Positions 37,500-50,876 of a stretch of DNA of 64,000 nucleotides are shown here, one piece after another. The stretch comes from Octopus sinensis. Lineage: Eukaryota. A program made the position numbers and the translations under genes. Below the pieces are notes generated by a model. It ran no database searches and was not told where the DNA came from. It saw only the letters and a list, made by a program, of their open reading frames with translations. Location: contig NC_043021.1 of the NCBI RefSeq assembly GCF_006345805.1, positions 14,756,001 to 14,820,000 on the forward strand. Direction: 5' to 3'. The number at the start of each line of letters is the position of its first letter. Position 1 is the first letter of the stretch.

Positions 37500-37539
<40 letters not shown>

Positions 37540-37589
37540 TATACATATACAACACCCACATACATACACATATACATATATAAAATAAA

Positions 37590-37835
37590 AAATAAATGCG
37601 CCCTTTTAAAGCCTAGCCAGGCTCATGGGCCCGGTTTCAATGGCGTATGTTTCCCCAGCTGGATGAGACCCCAGTCCATCGCAGCATTACTCATTTTTGC
37701 CAGCTGAGTGGACTGGAGCAACATGAAATGAAGTGTTTTGTTCAAGAACACAATGGGTCACCCAGTCCAGGAATCGAAACCACAATCTTACGATCATGAT
37801 GTTGACGCACTAACCACTAAGCCACACGCCTCCAC
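37590..37835 (-). mobile_element. SINE family C, tail 3
   Basis: Reverse head GTGGAGGCGTGTGGCTTAGTGGTTAG, shared core, a different tail. Confidence 0.8.
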
Positions 37836-37872
<37 letters not shown>

Positions 37873-38463
37873 ACACACATGCACATGTGTGTGTGTGTGT
37901 TCTGACTTTTATACCTGGGTAACTGAAAGTATGCATTAAGGGTACATCCTTCCAAGAATGCCGTAGGGCATATAATTTTTTTTTTATCTGTTCTTTTTAA
38001 CTCCTAATTGGAAAACGAAGAATGCTGTACACTCAAAGCTTCACCTACACACAAGCAATAGCAACAGACATTAAAAAAAAAAAATTCCTCATTAGGAAAA
38101 TAACTCGTTTAGAGTAATTATTTAAATTAGTAGAGAATTTCCCAAAAAATGTTTTTCTCAGAAAATGAAAATAAAAAAATGTAAAAGCAAAATTATATTT
38201 AAGATTCTTTATATGTTTATTTATATATTCTCTTTTTAAACTTTCCATTTATCATTATTATTCTTTTTCTTTCTTGCATATTTTTGAGCTTCTGAACTGG
38301 AGCAATTCTGAGAGAATCGATATTCCTGGACCTAAAGAAGATTTTTATCTTTCAAAAGCAATTTACTCAAAAATATAATGAATTTATGCGATAATGTTTC
38401 TTGTAGGTATTTATTAATAAACCTAGGTAAAGCTAGGGAGAGCTGTTTATATACATATAGAGA

Positions 38464-38507
<44 letters not shown>

Positions 38508-38789
38508 TATACATAGTTAAGTACAAGCATATATGCTCAAATATACATAAATATAGACTCGCTCATATACAGACACCCAGACACATATGTTTACATGCAG
38601 ACAGGCATTGACAATCAAATATACATAAGGATGGGTATAAATATACTCTTTAGATATATAGATATATATACACACACACACACACAACACACAGCACTTA
38701 CATACGTAAATACATATACTTACTCATATATACATACAGACAGACATACAAATTCATATATACATACAGATACATAAAGACACACACAT

Positions 38790-39055
38790 ATATATGTATA
38801 TAGACATACTTATGTGCATAGATATTCACTCATATACACATGTATGCAAACATACATACACACATACACACACACACACATATATACACACACACATACA
38901 CACACATACATACATACATACTTACATACTTACACACACATACACACACACAGATACACACACACATACATACATACACACACAGATACACACATACATA
39001 CTTACATACATACACACATACACACACACACATACATACATACATACATACGTAG
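38790..39055. repeat. (CA)/(CATA) compound microsatellite
   Basis: Direct reading. Confidence 0.95.
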
Positions 39056-39530
39056 ACAGTCACTTATAACAACATCTGAAAACATCAATAAAGCCTTATC
39101 GCGTTATCATAAGCCCCCTACTGAGAAATGGAGGGACATCTCCCAGTTTATTAAAACTATCACTGATTAATGGCCATTGATGATGATGATGATGATGATG
39201 GTGATGATAACAGTGTGGTGATGTTGATAATATAGTGATGGTAGCAGTGGAGACAATGATAATTATTAAAGTAACAGTGATGATGATGCGAAGGTGAGGA
39301 TAATTATAAAGTGATGATGATGAGGAAGAGGCTGAGGAGGAGGAATGTAGAAATTGGCAGGATTGCCAGCAGAATCTGTAGAGCAACAAATGAAATGCGT
39401 TGCAATATCTAATAATTACATTGCCTCACATTCAGAGTTCAGTTCCCAGGGGAGTCAACCTTGCCTTCGATCCTCCTGGGGCTGATAAAAATCAAATACC
39501 ATTCAAGTGCTACGGGGTTGATTCAATCTA

Positions 39531-39569
<39 letters not shown>

Positions 39570-39774
39570 CATACATACATACACACGCACGCACGCACAC
39601 GCACACACACACACACAATCGTCAAATGTGTGGTCCCATACCAATGTCAGATCAGGTCAGGTACATTGCTGCATTCACCATTTGTTGGTACATTCCTGGT
39701 TCCTCCTGGGTGACCTGTTGAACAGAATCCCATTCACTCCCCATCTTCATGAAATAACTCCTCTGCGGTGACCA

Positions 39775-40148
39775 CTGTGTGGTAAGTAGCTTGCTTACCA
39801 ACCACATGGTTCCGGATTCAGTCCCACTGCGTGGCAGCTTGGGCAGGTGTCTTCTACTATAGCCTCGGGCCGACCAAAGCCTTGTAAGTGGATTTGGTAG
39901 GCAGAAACTGAAAAGATGCCTGTCGTGTGTGTGTGTGTGTCTGTGTGTGTGTCTGTGATTGTTCCCCCAACATCGCTTGACAACTGATGCTGGTGTGTTT
40001 ACGTCTCCGTAACTTAGTGGTTCAGCAAAAGGGACCGATAGAATAAGTACTCGGCTTACAAGGAATAAGACCTGGGGTCGATTTGCTCGACTAAAGGCGG
40101 TGCTCCAGCATGGCCACAATCAAATGACTGAAACAAGTAAAAGAGTAA
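39775..40148 (+). mobile_element. SINE family B
   Basis: Near full length. Confidence 0.85.
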
Positions 40149-40149
40149 G

Positions 40150-40555
40150 AGCTCTTGAACCATACCGACTCATAGGGGCTGGTTTCCCGATTTCAAAGGG
40201 TATAAATTCCCCACCTGGACAGAACATTGGTCAGTCACAGGATTACTCATTTTTTCCATCTCAGTGGACTGGAGCAACGTGCAGTGAAGTGTTTCGCTCA
40301 AGAACACAACGTGCTGCCCGGTCCAGGAATTGAAACCACAATCTTACAATCATGAGCCCAACACCCAAACAACTAAGTCATCTGCCTCCATTAAAAAGAG
40401 AAAGTTTCATTCTCGAGCCATACCAACTCATGAGTGGGTTGGAGCAATGTGAAATGAAGTGTTTTGCTCAAGGACATAATGCACAGCCAGCCTGGAAATC
40501 GAAACCATAATCACATGATCACGAGTCTAACAACCTAACCACTAGGCCACGTGCC
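40150..40555 (-). mobile_element. Two adjacent SINE family C copies
   Basis: Repeated TGGAGCAA..GTGAA..GTGTTT.GCTCAAG cores with tRNA-like heads on the minus strand. Confidence 0.7.
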
Positions 40556-40559
40556 TCGA

Positions 40560-40710
40560 CGCCGTGACCATGTGGCACATGGTTGACCAACACAAGCAAA
40601 CAACCCAACCTGATCCTCAGTGAAGAGAACATGGTAAACAAGGTCTAACTCGGAAAATTGAGCAACACAGTCAAACAGTTTGAGATGGCGCTACCGAATC
40701 TTACCATTGT
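40560..40710 (-). pseudogene. RTE LINE remnant
   Basis: IR*RHLKLFDCVAQFSELD; same family as 7130-7530. Confidence 0.6.
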
Positions 40711-40819
40711 AAGATATCATTTAAGTTATTGTTTTTCCCCCACCTGTCCTCACATTGTCTATCTGTCAGGATGTTTTATTGTTGTCTGTTACATTCTTCT
40801 TCCATTTTTGGGGTGTGTA

Positions 40820-41037
40820 CATATATATATATGAGATGCAGCATGGAATTTTGTCAGTGAACAGGTCACGGTCTCAAAGCAACGAAAATATTTTGGAAAA
40901 TTAAATTTAAATGTTGAAGTGAATCTAACGGATTTTGTGTGTTTCTTAAATGGCTTATAAACACCTTCCATGCTGCAATTGTTTTCATTCCAGCACATGA
41001 TCTCAGATCAGGTCACTTGCTATGCAAGTACATCTCC

Positions 41038-41040
<3 letters not shown>
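40820..41040 (+). mobile_element. Penelope-type terminal-repeat fragment (second family) flanked by (TA)n
   Basis: 220-bp block between TA tracts carrying a hammerhead-topology motif. Confidence 0.5.
40848..40902 (+). ncRNA. Decayed minimal hammerhead-like motif with G3-C8 swapped core
   Basis: TTTGTCA-GTGAACA-G-GTCAC-GGTCTCAAA-GCAAC-GAA-AATATT-T-TGGAAAA; stem II pairs fully if two CpA are restored to CpG. Confidence 0.5.
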
Positions 41041-41074
<34 letters not shown>

Positions 41075-41932
41075 GTGTGTGAGTTTGTGCTTATGTATGT
41101 CTCCCCTACCATTACTTGACAACTGATGCTGGTGTGTTTATGTCCCTGTAACTTAGCAGTTTGGCAAAAGAGTCTGAGAGAATAAGTAGTAGGCTTACAA
41201 AGAATATGTCTTGGGGTCGATTTCTTTAACTAAAACCCTTTAAAGTGATGCACCAACATGACTGCAGTCAAATGACTGTAACAAGTAAAAGAAGGAGAAA
41301 ATATTGTATGAATGTGTATGTGTTCTGTGTGGGGCTGGCTTGTCTAAGAATGGACTCAACGTTTCCTGTGTGTTGTAAGAGGCAACTAAAAGAGTTTGAG
41401 GTGGGATTTACACTCCAGCTTTATAAAACCCTCATCAGCAATGACTACCAAAAACAGACCCATGGGTCGGAGTGTTGTCGCCTGAGTGGTGCAAAATGTC
41501 GTCTGCCAGGAATAGGGAATCACCACCAAGTTGAACCTGGAACCATGTGGTTGGGAAGCAAACTTCTTTTGGTGGAGAAGGAAAAAAGAAGCCCTAGTAT
41601 ATTAGACACTCTCTTATCACTCTTGCCATCACAATAGAGTGAACTAGTGTTCTTCGAACACAAAAGTCCTTTGTGATAATTGTTCTGCTCCAAGCTGCTA
41701 ACACTCCCTTATCATTTTTACTATCAGGAATGCAGCAAATCAGCAATTGGTTATATTGGAAACTTGTAATCAATGATGTTATTGTTTGTAAATTGTGATA
41801 TAAAATAAATAACTACAGAAAGAAAGAAAGAAAGAAAGAAGTATTTATGTCAAATTAATTAACTGTATTCTGCCTTATTTATCCTTTCCCTATCACCATC
41901 TAAGACTGCAGCCTTATCATGCCAATGCTAGA

Positions 41933-41965
<33 letters not shown>

Positions 41966-42039
41966 CAGCATCATCATTATACGTTTTTCATAAAGATGCT
42001 CATCTCTTTATTAGTTATTAAAGTGATGCATCCCCAGGG

Positions 42040-42370
42040 ATACATATGTGTGTGTATACATACAACACATAATATGTGCATACACACACACACATACATA
42101 CATACACATACATACATACACAAAAATACATACACACACATATACACATATATACATACAAGTACACACATATATACACATACATACATACACATATACA
42201 TACACACACATATACACACATACACAAATATATACATACACATATATACATACATACGCACTCTCACACACACATATACACATATATACATACATACACA
42301 CATACACATATATACACACATACACATATATACACACATACATACATACATACGCACACTCTCACACACT
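42040..42370. repeat. (CA/TA) compound minisatellite
   Basis: Direct reading. Confidence 0.95.
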
Positions 42371-42848
42371 ATATAGAAATGAATGTTTTTGTAAATTATC
42401 TTTATTAACAACAACAACAATGATAATATAATTGCATCTTCATTCTTTTTTATTTGTTTTATGCATTTATTGTTTATTTAAGTTTCCTCTTTAAGTGATT
42501 CCCTTAGTAGCCACAAGAGGGGAGCCTTTGAAACGGGGGAGGAGGTGGTGTGGAGGGAGGGGTTTGAAATACTGGAGGGTTGGTTGATAAAGGCAAAATT
42601 AATCTGCAAATCTAAGTGATGATGATGATAATAAAATAATAATAATAATAATAATAATAGTAGTAGTCCTTTCTAGTATAGGTGCAAGGCCTGAAATTTT
42701 GTAGGGGAGAGGTTTGATAATACTAATGATGGTGATGATTTTCTATTTGCCACAAGGGCATCAATAAGAGGGACATTACAAACAATAACAACAATAAAAT
42801 GAGAAATTATTATTATTTTTAGTAGTAGTAGTAGTGGTGGTGGCTGCT

Positions 42849-42894
<46 letters not shown>

Positions 42895-43391
42895 CAGTAG
42901 TAGTGGTGGCGGTAGTAGTAGTAGTAGTAGTAGTAGTTAGAAGGAAGAGGGGTATATGTTCAGGATGAAGTATAAGTTAAGGGTGGGTGAATGAAGAAAG
43001 AAATAACAATGGTGGAGGAGGGGTGATGATGGTAGTGGTGATGGTGATAGTCCTGGTGTCGAGGGGGTGGGTGACGGGGTGGGGGGGGAACTCACTGATT
43101 GAGACAAGATAAGGACAGATAATTCTTGGGTAAAGCAAACCAACCTACTGACTGATATGTTTGTATTCCTTCTTCATCACCAACACCAACACCACCTCCA
43201 CCACTACCAATCTGTTCCATCAATATTTCATGCTTAAACTGAACCCTAACCCAAACCCCTCCACCCCACCCCACACCCCGACGCCTGTATCTATGAACAG
43301 AACCCTCCAATGTTTATTTTTGTTTTGCATTTTTTTTTTTAAACTAAGGGGTTTGAAGTGGAAGTAAAATGATTAACGAAATATACACAAA

Positions 43392-43411
43392 CTAATATGG
43401 TGTATTTATAT

Positions 43412-43448
<37 letters not shown>

Positions 43449-43480
43449 CACACATATGGTGTATTTATACATATATATAT

Positions 43481-43513
<33 letters not shown>

Positions 43514-43717
43514 CATGTATACATATGGTGTATTTATATATATATATATATATACACGCACACATATATATATGGTGTTTAATATATACATATAAATTTA
43601 TGTATATATATATAATATATATATATATACACATGTATACTATGGTGTATTTATATATATATATATATATATACACGCACACAAATATATGGTGTATTAA
43701 TATACATATACGTATGC

Positions 43718-43755
<38 letters not shown>

Positions 43756-43798
43756 GCACACATATATATGGTGTATAATATATACATATACGTATGCG

Positions 43799-43829
<31 letters not shown>

Positions 43830-43873
43830 GCACACATATATATGGTGTATTAATATATACATATACGTATGCG

Positions 43874-43905
<32 letters not shown>

Positions 43906-43960
43906 ATATATATATACACACATGTATACATATGGTGTATTTATATATATATACACATAT
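43392..43960. repeat. Higher-order minisatellite anchored on TATGGTGTATT with variable (TA)n(CA)n
   Basis: About 10 anchors; CATATACGTATGCGTA subunit repeated three times. Confidence 0.9.
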
Positions 43961-44279
43961 ATATTTATTCACAAATATATATATCTTGTGCACATATGTA
44001 TATATCTTGTGCACATATATATATATATCTGTGCACATATGTAAATGTACACACATATACATACATATAAACATATATATATACAATTATATAAATACAT
44101 ATGTATATATGTATGTAAGTATACATTTATACATACACACACATTATATGTATGTATATATGCACACACACAACTTTAACTTAATCATAGTTTATCAAAT
44201 AATTATATCTAAAGACAACAACAAGAACCCAAAAAGAATTGAAGCAAAATCAAAAGAAATATATACCTAAAACTACAAC

Positions 44280-44508
44280 TGATGATGATAATAACAATAA
44301 TAATAATAATAATAAGAAGAAGAAGAAGAAGAAGAACAACAACAACCAACAATGATAATAATGACAATAAAAATAATAATGGTAATAATAATAATAAAGA
44401 AGAACAACAACAATAATAACGATAATAATGACAATAAAAATAATGATAATAATAATAAGAACAACAACAACAACAATAATAATGATAATGACAAAAAAAA
44501 TAATGATG

Positions 44509-44554
<46 letters not shown>

Positions 44555-44570
44555 TGATAGTAATAATATT
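44280..44570. repeat. (AAT)/(AAC)/(AAG) compound microsatellite
   Basis: Direct reading. Confidence 0.95.
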
Positions 44571-44818
44571 TGTCATTTTTCCAACACACACATAGCTTGT
44601 TATGTGTGATCTTAGATCTTCGTTTGAAATCACAACTGGCAAAAGGTTATCAGTCAATGAAAATAGAATGAATGAGAGAGAGAGAGGGGGGGGACAGGAA
44701 GTGATAGGATGGGAAGGAGAGTGCAAGGGGAGGTAGTGATGCTGGAGGTTCCTTGATAATTTGTAATGCGTGTGTATGTGTGCATATGTATTTTGGGTAT
44801 ATATATGTCTACACATGC

Positions 44819-44860
<42 letters not shown>

Positions 44861-44870
44861 CTATACATGC

Positions 44871-44902
<32 letters not shown>

Positions 44903-45327
44903 GAATGCGGGTGTATGTCTGTGTTCATGTGTGTGCATAATGTCTGTTGGTGAGTATGTGTGTATGCTGTACGCATGCATGCATGCATGAGTATGTATGT
45001 GTGCAAATGTGATGCACACATGCGTGTATGTATGCTTATAAGTGTGTGTGCACAGCCGGGCCCCTAGCATTGCTGGCGTCCCAGGCAAGCTGAACTTTGG
45101 TGTGTACAAGCTGACAGTTGCGGAAATTCCTTTGTCCTTATCATGCCATCTTTGGGACTCCCTAGCACATGGGACCCCAGGTCACTACTCGAGTTCCCAG
45201 TACCTGTCCATGTGTGTGAATGAAGTTCTGTGTGTGTGCTCGTGTGATGCACACATGTATATATGCATATGTGTGAGTGATGTTCTATGTATGCATGTAT
45301 GTATATTTGCATGTATGTATGTATATC

Positions 45328-45373
<46 letters not shown>

Positions 45374-45427
45374 TTATATATGTATATGTGCTTCCGTTTG
45401 TGTATATGTATGCATACATATGTATGT

Positions 45428-45599
45428 AGGCGTTGGAGTGGCTGAATTGTAAGTAGCTTGCTTACAAACCACATGGTTTCAGGTTCAGTCCCTCTGTGTG
45501 ACACCTTGGGCAAGTGTCTTCTACTATAGCCTCGGATGGATCAAACCCTTGTGAGGAGATTTGGTAGACAGAAACTGAAAGACGCCTATCATATATATG

Positions 45600-45650
<51 letters not shown>

Positions 45651-45860
45651 TTGTGTGTCTGTGTTTGTCCCCGCAATTTCGCTTGACAACTGATGCTGGT
45701 GTGTTTATGTCTCCATAACTTAGCGGGTTGGCAAAAGAGACCGATAGAATAAGTACTAAGCTTACAAAGAATAAGTCCTGGGGTCGATTTGCTCAACTAA
45801 AGGCAGTGCTCCAGCATGGCCACAGTCACATGAGTGAAACAGGTAAGAGAGTAAAAGAGT
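45428..45860 (+). mobile_element. SINE family B, full length
   Basis: Complete head to tail. Confidence 0.85.
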
Positions 45861-45959
45861 ATATATATATATATATATATATGCATATATGCATACATGA
45901 GTATATGTCTGAGTGTATATATATATATATATATGTATATATATGTATGTGTTTGTGAA

Positions 45960-46205
45960 TACTCATCAAGCCAAGTGAAATCATAGTTGTAGCTGGTGAC
46001 ACATAAAAGGCACCCGTGCCACAGACACATAACAGCACCCATGCCAATGACATGTAAAAGGCACCCACTACACTCTTGGGGTGGTCGGCATTAGGAATGG
46101 CATCCGGCCTTAGAAACCATGCCAAATCAGATTGGAACTTGGTGCAGCTTCCCAGACCGTCTGACCCACGCCAGCTTGGAAAGTGGACGTTAAATGATGA
46201 TGATG
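45960..46205. mobile_element. Fold-back repeat family D, right arm
   Basis: ...AGGAATGGCATCCGGCC...GGACGTTAAATGATGATGATG. Confidence 0.75.
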
Positions 46206-46329
46206 ATTGTATGTGTGTGTATTTGTATGCTTGTATGTATGTGTGTGCACATTTCTATATGTGCACGTATATTTTTGGGTATTATGTACGCAATATCTGG
46301 ATTATCATGCTACCAATATTATATCATAC

Positions 46330-46950
46330 CATCATATATCATAAATAAGCAACACCTTTACCACTACCACCAATACCATCATGCTCTCTACCACCACCAC
46401 CATTGCCACCACTGGCACAGTATCGGTACTAACATCACCAAAACTACAAGTGACTATCGCTAACAGTACCTCTACCACCAATGGCCCACCACAATTACCA
46501 TCATCACCACTACCGCCAACACTACAGCATCGTTTACCAAGAACAGTGGTACCACCACCACGTCCAGCACAGTATCATTACCATCATCATCGACAATACC
46601 AAAATTTTCTTATCAACACACCAACACCACTACCATCAGTACCATTATCAACATCATCATCATTACCATCATTATCAACATCACCAAAACCCCCCCGTAT
46701 GCCACCCCCACCATGTCATTACGAACACCATCACCATCATTAACATTACCAACATCATCACCATTACCATCATTATCAACACTACCAACACAAAACAACA
46801 TCACCAAAACCACCACCCCAATATCATTAGGAAATCCACCACCACCAACCCACAATATCATTAACAAATACACCACTACCACCACATCATTACCACCACC
46901 ACCACCAACCCCAACATAACCACCACCATCCACCCATCCCCAACAGCAGA
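46330..46950. repeat. Degenerate (CAC/CAT/ACC)n low-complexity tract
   Basis: Direct reading. Confidence 0.85.
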
Positions 46951-47432
46951 TTGATAACTCTCTCACAGACATCTATTCAAAACTTTAACTGACTTCCTTG
47001 AGAAAGAAAGAAAAAAAGTGAGCTACAAATGTCAAATCACAAAGTAATTTTTCATAATTTTATACATTTATATATTCTTGAGTTGCTGTTGTTGTGATTG
47101 ATGTTGCAGTTGTTGTTATTGTTTGGCCAGTACCAATTAGAGAGGGTGTCAGCCAGCATTGGTATTTACCAGGTCACTCACCACTCCCACCCGGTCATTA
47201 GTTGAAAAGAAAGAAAGAAGGAAGTATAGTTTGCTTTTCAGAGAACATACTTTCCTAAGTGGTTAGTATAGTTGTGTGTGTATATATATATGTGTGTGTG
47301 TGTGTATATATATATATACATATATACATGTATGTGTGTATATATATGCACACGTGTGTATATATACGCATACGTGTGTGTGTGTGTGCTGTATGTATAC
47401 ATGAATGTGAATGTACGTGTGTTTGTTGTGTG

Positions 47433-47463
<31 letters not shown>

Positions 47464-47989
47464 ATATATATATATACACACACACACACATACATGTATG
47501 TGCGTGTATATATACACTCACGTGTGTGTGCATGTGTGCGCGCATGTGTTAATAGTGAGATGCCCAATACACATAAACAGCGAAAAGAGCTTTCTGCATT
47601 CAAAATGGATAACTGGATACTTGGATACATCTGGTTGGGGGACAAACACACACAAATATATATAATGATGAGCTTCTTTCATCTTCCATCTACCAAATCC
47701 ACTCACATGGTCTTGGTTAGCCTGAGGCTAATGTCCACTTTTCCATGCTTGCATGGGTTAGATGAAATTTGGGGCAGACTTTCTACAGATGGATGCCTTT
47801 ACTGTCACCAACCCTCACCTGTTGCCAAGCAAGGTAATATTTCCCCATAGCCAAACATGTTTTTTACGGAAGACTAAAAATGAACAACACTCTTTGAATG
47901 ATGGTGATGCTCATTTAGAACCATCACATGATGTTTAGACAAGGATACATGCATGCACATGCACACACATATGGTTCAAAATTGTACAA

Positions 47990-48150
47990 AAAAAAAAAGG
48001 AGATAGGTGAGGGAACAAAAAAAAGTGTATTAGTTTGATGTTCAGGAAAAATGGAAAAGGCTTTGATCTTTCGAGCGTGTGCTCTTCTACGGGAATGAGA
48101 AGAGAAAACAGATGTAGAGAGGGGAAAAGAAAGGGAGAGAGAAAAACTGT
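47990..48150 (-). mobile_element. Penelope-type terminal fragment with a decayed hammerhead motif (48061-48097)
   Basis: CCGTAGA-A-GAGC-ACAC-GCTC-GAA; stem II intact, stems I and III broken. Confidence 0.5.
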
Positions 48151-48959
48151 GTCTGGATTGATGGATGCACATGTTGATTTGTATGTGTGTGTGTGGGAGG
48201 GGTGTAAATGTTGAACAATGACAAAGAGTGCTCAACACGACCTTAGTGAATAAAATTTCTTTATTTGTGTATTAAGGCTACTGTTGATTTCATGATAAGA
48301 AAATATCGTAATATCATAATTCTTCAAGCCAATCACATGGAGGAATGGTGTTCGCCTCTATTTTGGATGGAAACACAAAAGTTCTCATATACACACACAT
48401 ATACATGCATATTATATAATCTTTGGTGTTAGGAAGGGCATCCAGTTGTAGAAACCATGCCAAAGCTGACAAGAGAACTTGGTACAGACTCTTGACTTGC
48501 CAGTTTCCTTGGTACAGTTTTTGACTTGCCATCTAACCCATGCCAGCATGGAAAACAGATGTTAAACAATGAAGATATATAGTTTGGATGCCACAAATTT
48601 CATCAAACTTCCTGTAACCGCTACCCACCTCTTGCCTGCCCCACCCTGCACTACGTCCTGATTTCTTGGGAATGTGGGTACGGGCTGCATGGGTTAAAAT
48701 GTTTCACTCACATTGTAGGTTCGATTCCAGTGTACTTTTAACCTTGGGGCAAATGTCTTCTACCGTAAACTCAATTCGATCTAAGCTTTGTGAAAAGAAA
48801 AGAGGAACCATATGGAAAGCCCAGAAGCCTGCAGCGGATTCCCCTCTAGTTGCAAGCATTAGGGGGTGGGGAGAGGGGGAGGGGGCCAGGACTCCAGTCT
48901 GAATAACTTTAATCACCTTCATGCATCACTTCTTACAGTAACCCACGTTCCAGTGTGGG

Positions 48960-49430
48960 ACTAGAGTTGGGGTTGGGAGGGAGGTCTTCCTCCGGGGGGG
49001 GGGGGGGTTCCCCTGCTGACATAGGTTGGGGTGGAGAGGAGGTGGTGACAGGGGTGGTTGTGGTCATAGTGTTGTAGTGGTTGTGATATTGCTGGGGGTG
49101 GACGGTTGTGATGGTAGTAGTGGTTGTTGTAGTGGTGATAGTAGTGGTTGAATTGATGCTGATTGTGGTGGTGGTTGTTGTGATAGTATGTTAGTGGTGG
49201 TGGTGGTGGTGTTGGGCATGGTGAGGGTGATAGCTGTGATGACTGTGGAAGTGGTGGTGGTAGTAGTAGTAGTAGTGGTGGGGGGGAGGTTAGGATAACA
49301 GTTGTAGGAGTAAAGTAATGATGATAAAAGAACAGGTGCACAAGAGGGGAGGATGGAGCATAGTGGTGGTGTTGATGAAGTGGGGGGGTGAAACAGGTCT
49401 GGCAGGGAGGTACTGGTGGTGGGTGGGAAG
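48960..49430. repeat. Degenerate (GGT/GTA)n G-rich low-complexity tract
   Basis: Direct reading. Confidence 0.85.
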
Positions 49431-49959
49431 ACACTGTCGAGGGGGAAGGTGTTAGTTTGTTACAGATTATAAATATCTGTTAATGAAAGATAAATAATCT
49501 ATACTACACATGTATGTCACCCCAGTAAGTAATGTAATGGTAATGTAGAGGGTGATGATACACCGACCCACCCTGGCCCTTCCCATTGGGGGGAGGGGGG
49601 TCTATGTGTTTGGGAGATGGTGGGATGAGGTGAAAAGGAGAAGGAAAGGTAGAAGGGGGTGGCTTCAATAGCTGTCAGTTGGAAAAAATAACAGAAAAAC
49701 TAATTCATTTTCTTCCTATCTCTTAAGACCATTCCAGATTACCTCCAAGACTTACCAAGTCCAAACCTAATTTCATTTGTTCCACCACTTTTCCCAAATC
49801 TGTCTTGCTCCCTCTCACAGCCTCCTCTCTCTGTCTCTCTCATTATATATATATATATATATATATAATATAAGGAGATAAATAAAAATATATGCATACA
49901 TACAAACATATATGTACGTACCTACATCTACATGTATATATACATGCATATATAAATAA

Positions 49960-50440
49960 TTATACGGAAGTACAGGACATCACAATAAACGTAGAACAGA
50001 AAAAGCCAAAAACAAAAACAAGAAAACGAAAACAAAACCAAATACAGGACAGGTTACACAAGGACAAAACCCCGTCATCGCTGTCGCTAAGGGTCAGGCA
50101 TGTTTCGAAGGCATAAAGAACACTAATCCAATAGGCCTTCCTGCGAGAGAATTAAAATAAAATTTCAAGCAGCGGGGCACAATGAGTACGAACACAAACA
50201 AGAACGAACAATAAAACTGCAAAATTAAAATACATGTACAAAACAAACACAAGAGGACGAACGAAAAAGCCTTTTTTCTGGCATAGACAAACAATAAAAC
50301 TGCAAAATAAAAATACATGTACAAAAAGTACAATTAGTTACAAAACGAGAAAATAACATGAATACTATACAGGAAATTAACCACACAAGGACGAACGAAA
50401 AGCCTTTTTGCTGGCAAGGACGAAAGTGTAGTAGCAGCGC
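49960..50440. mobile_element. A-rich interspersed element with internal direct repeats, possibly Penelope-type
   Basis: ACAATAAAACTGCAAAAT.AAAATACATGTACAAAA twice and AGGACGAACGAAAA.GCCTTTTT.CTGGCA twice; flanked by microsatellites. Confidence 0.45.
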
Positions 50441-50504
50441 GTATATATATATATAATACACACACACACACACACACAACACACACACACACACACACAC
50501 ACAC

Positions 50505-50682
50505 ATAAGAAGGGATGACCACTAAGTGGAGATCCAATATGCTAGAAATAGATCACCTACAATCTAACCACAAAGGAAAAGAATGTTCTTTTTCTAGAGA
50601 ACATTCTTTTCCTTTGTGGTTAGATCGTAGGTGATCTATTTCTAGCATATTGCATGTCCACTTAGTGGTCATCCCATCTTAT
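50505..50682. repeat. 178-bp near-perfect palindrome
   Basis: 85-nt arms, about 8-nt loop, 4 mismatches and 2 single-base indels. Confidence 0.95.
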
Positions 50683-50838
50683 ACACATGTAATACAATTT
50701 TTCTGAATTTTCAGATTTTTCTATATGCTAGGCCACTGGTTTTAAATTGATGTTAATTAAATTAATTTCAATTTATCACCTCATTATTTAATTATATATA
50801 TATATATATAATTTAAATATGAGGGTGATAATTGAATA

Positions 50839-50876
<38 letters not shown>

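Noticed and set aside
43392-44270. ORFs of 130-204 aa rich in Y/I/H/T
   Set aside because: Dinucleotide-repeat read-through; same for the 8277-8721, 38794-39170, 41977-42431, 47238-47850 and 63530-63995 clusters.
48061-48097. Active hammerhead
   Set aside because: Stem II is intact, but the core has two changes and stems I and III are broken; kept only as a decayed family member.
50090-50150. Hammerhead on the minus strand (GAAGGC...GCCTTC-GAAACATG)
   Set aside because: No CUGANGA-like core and no stem I partner.
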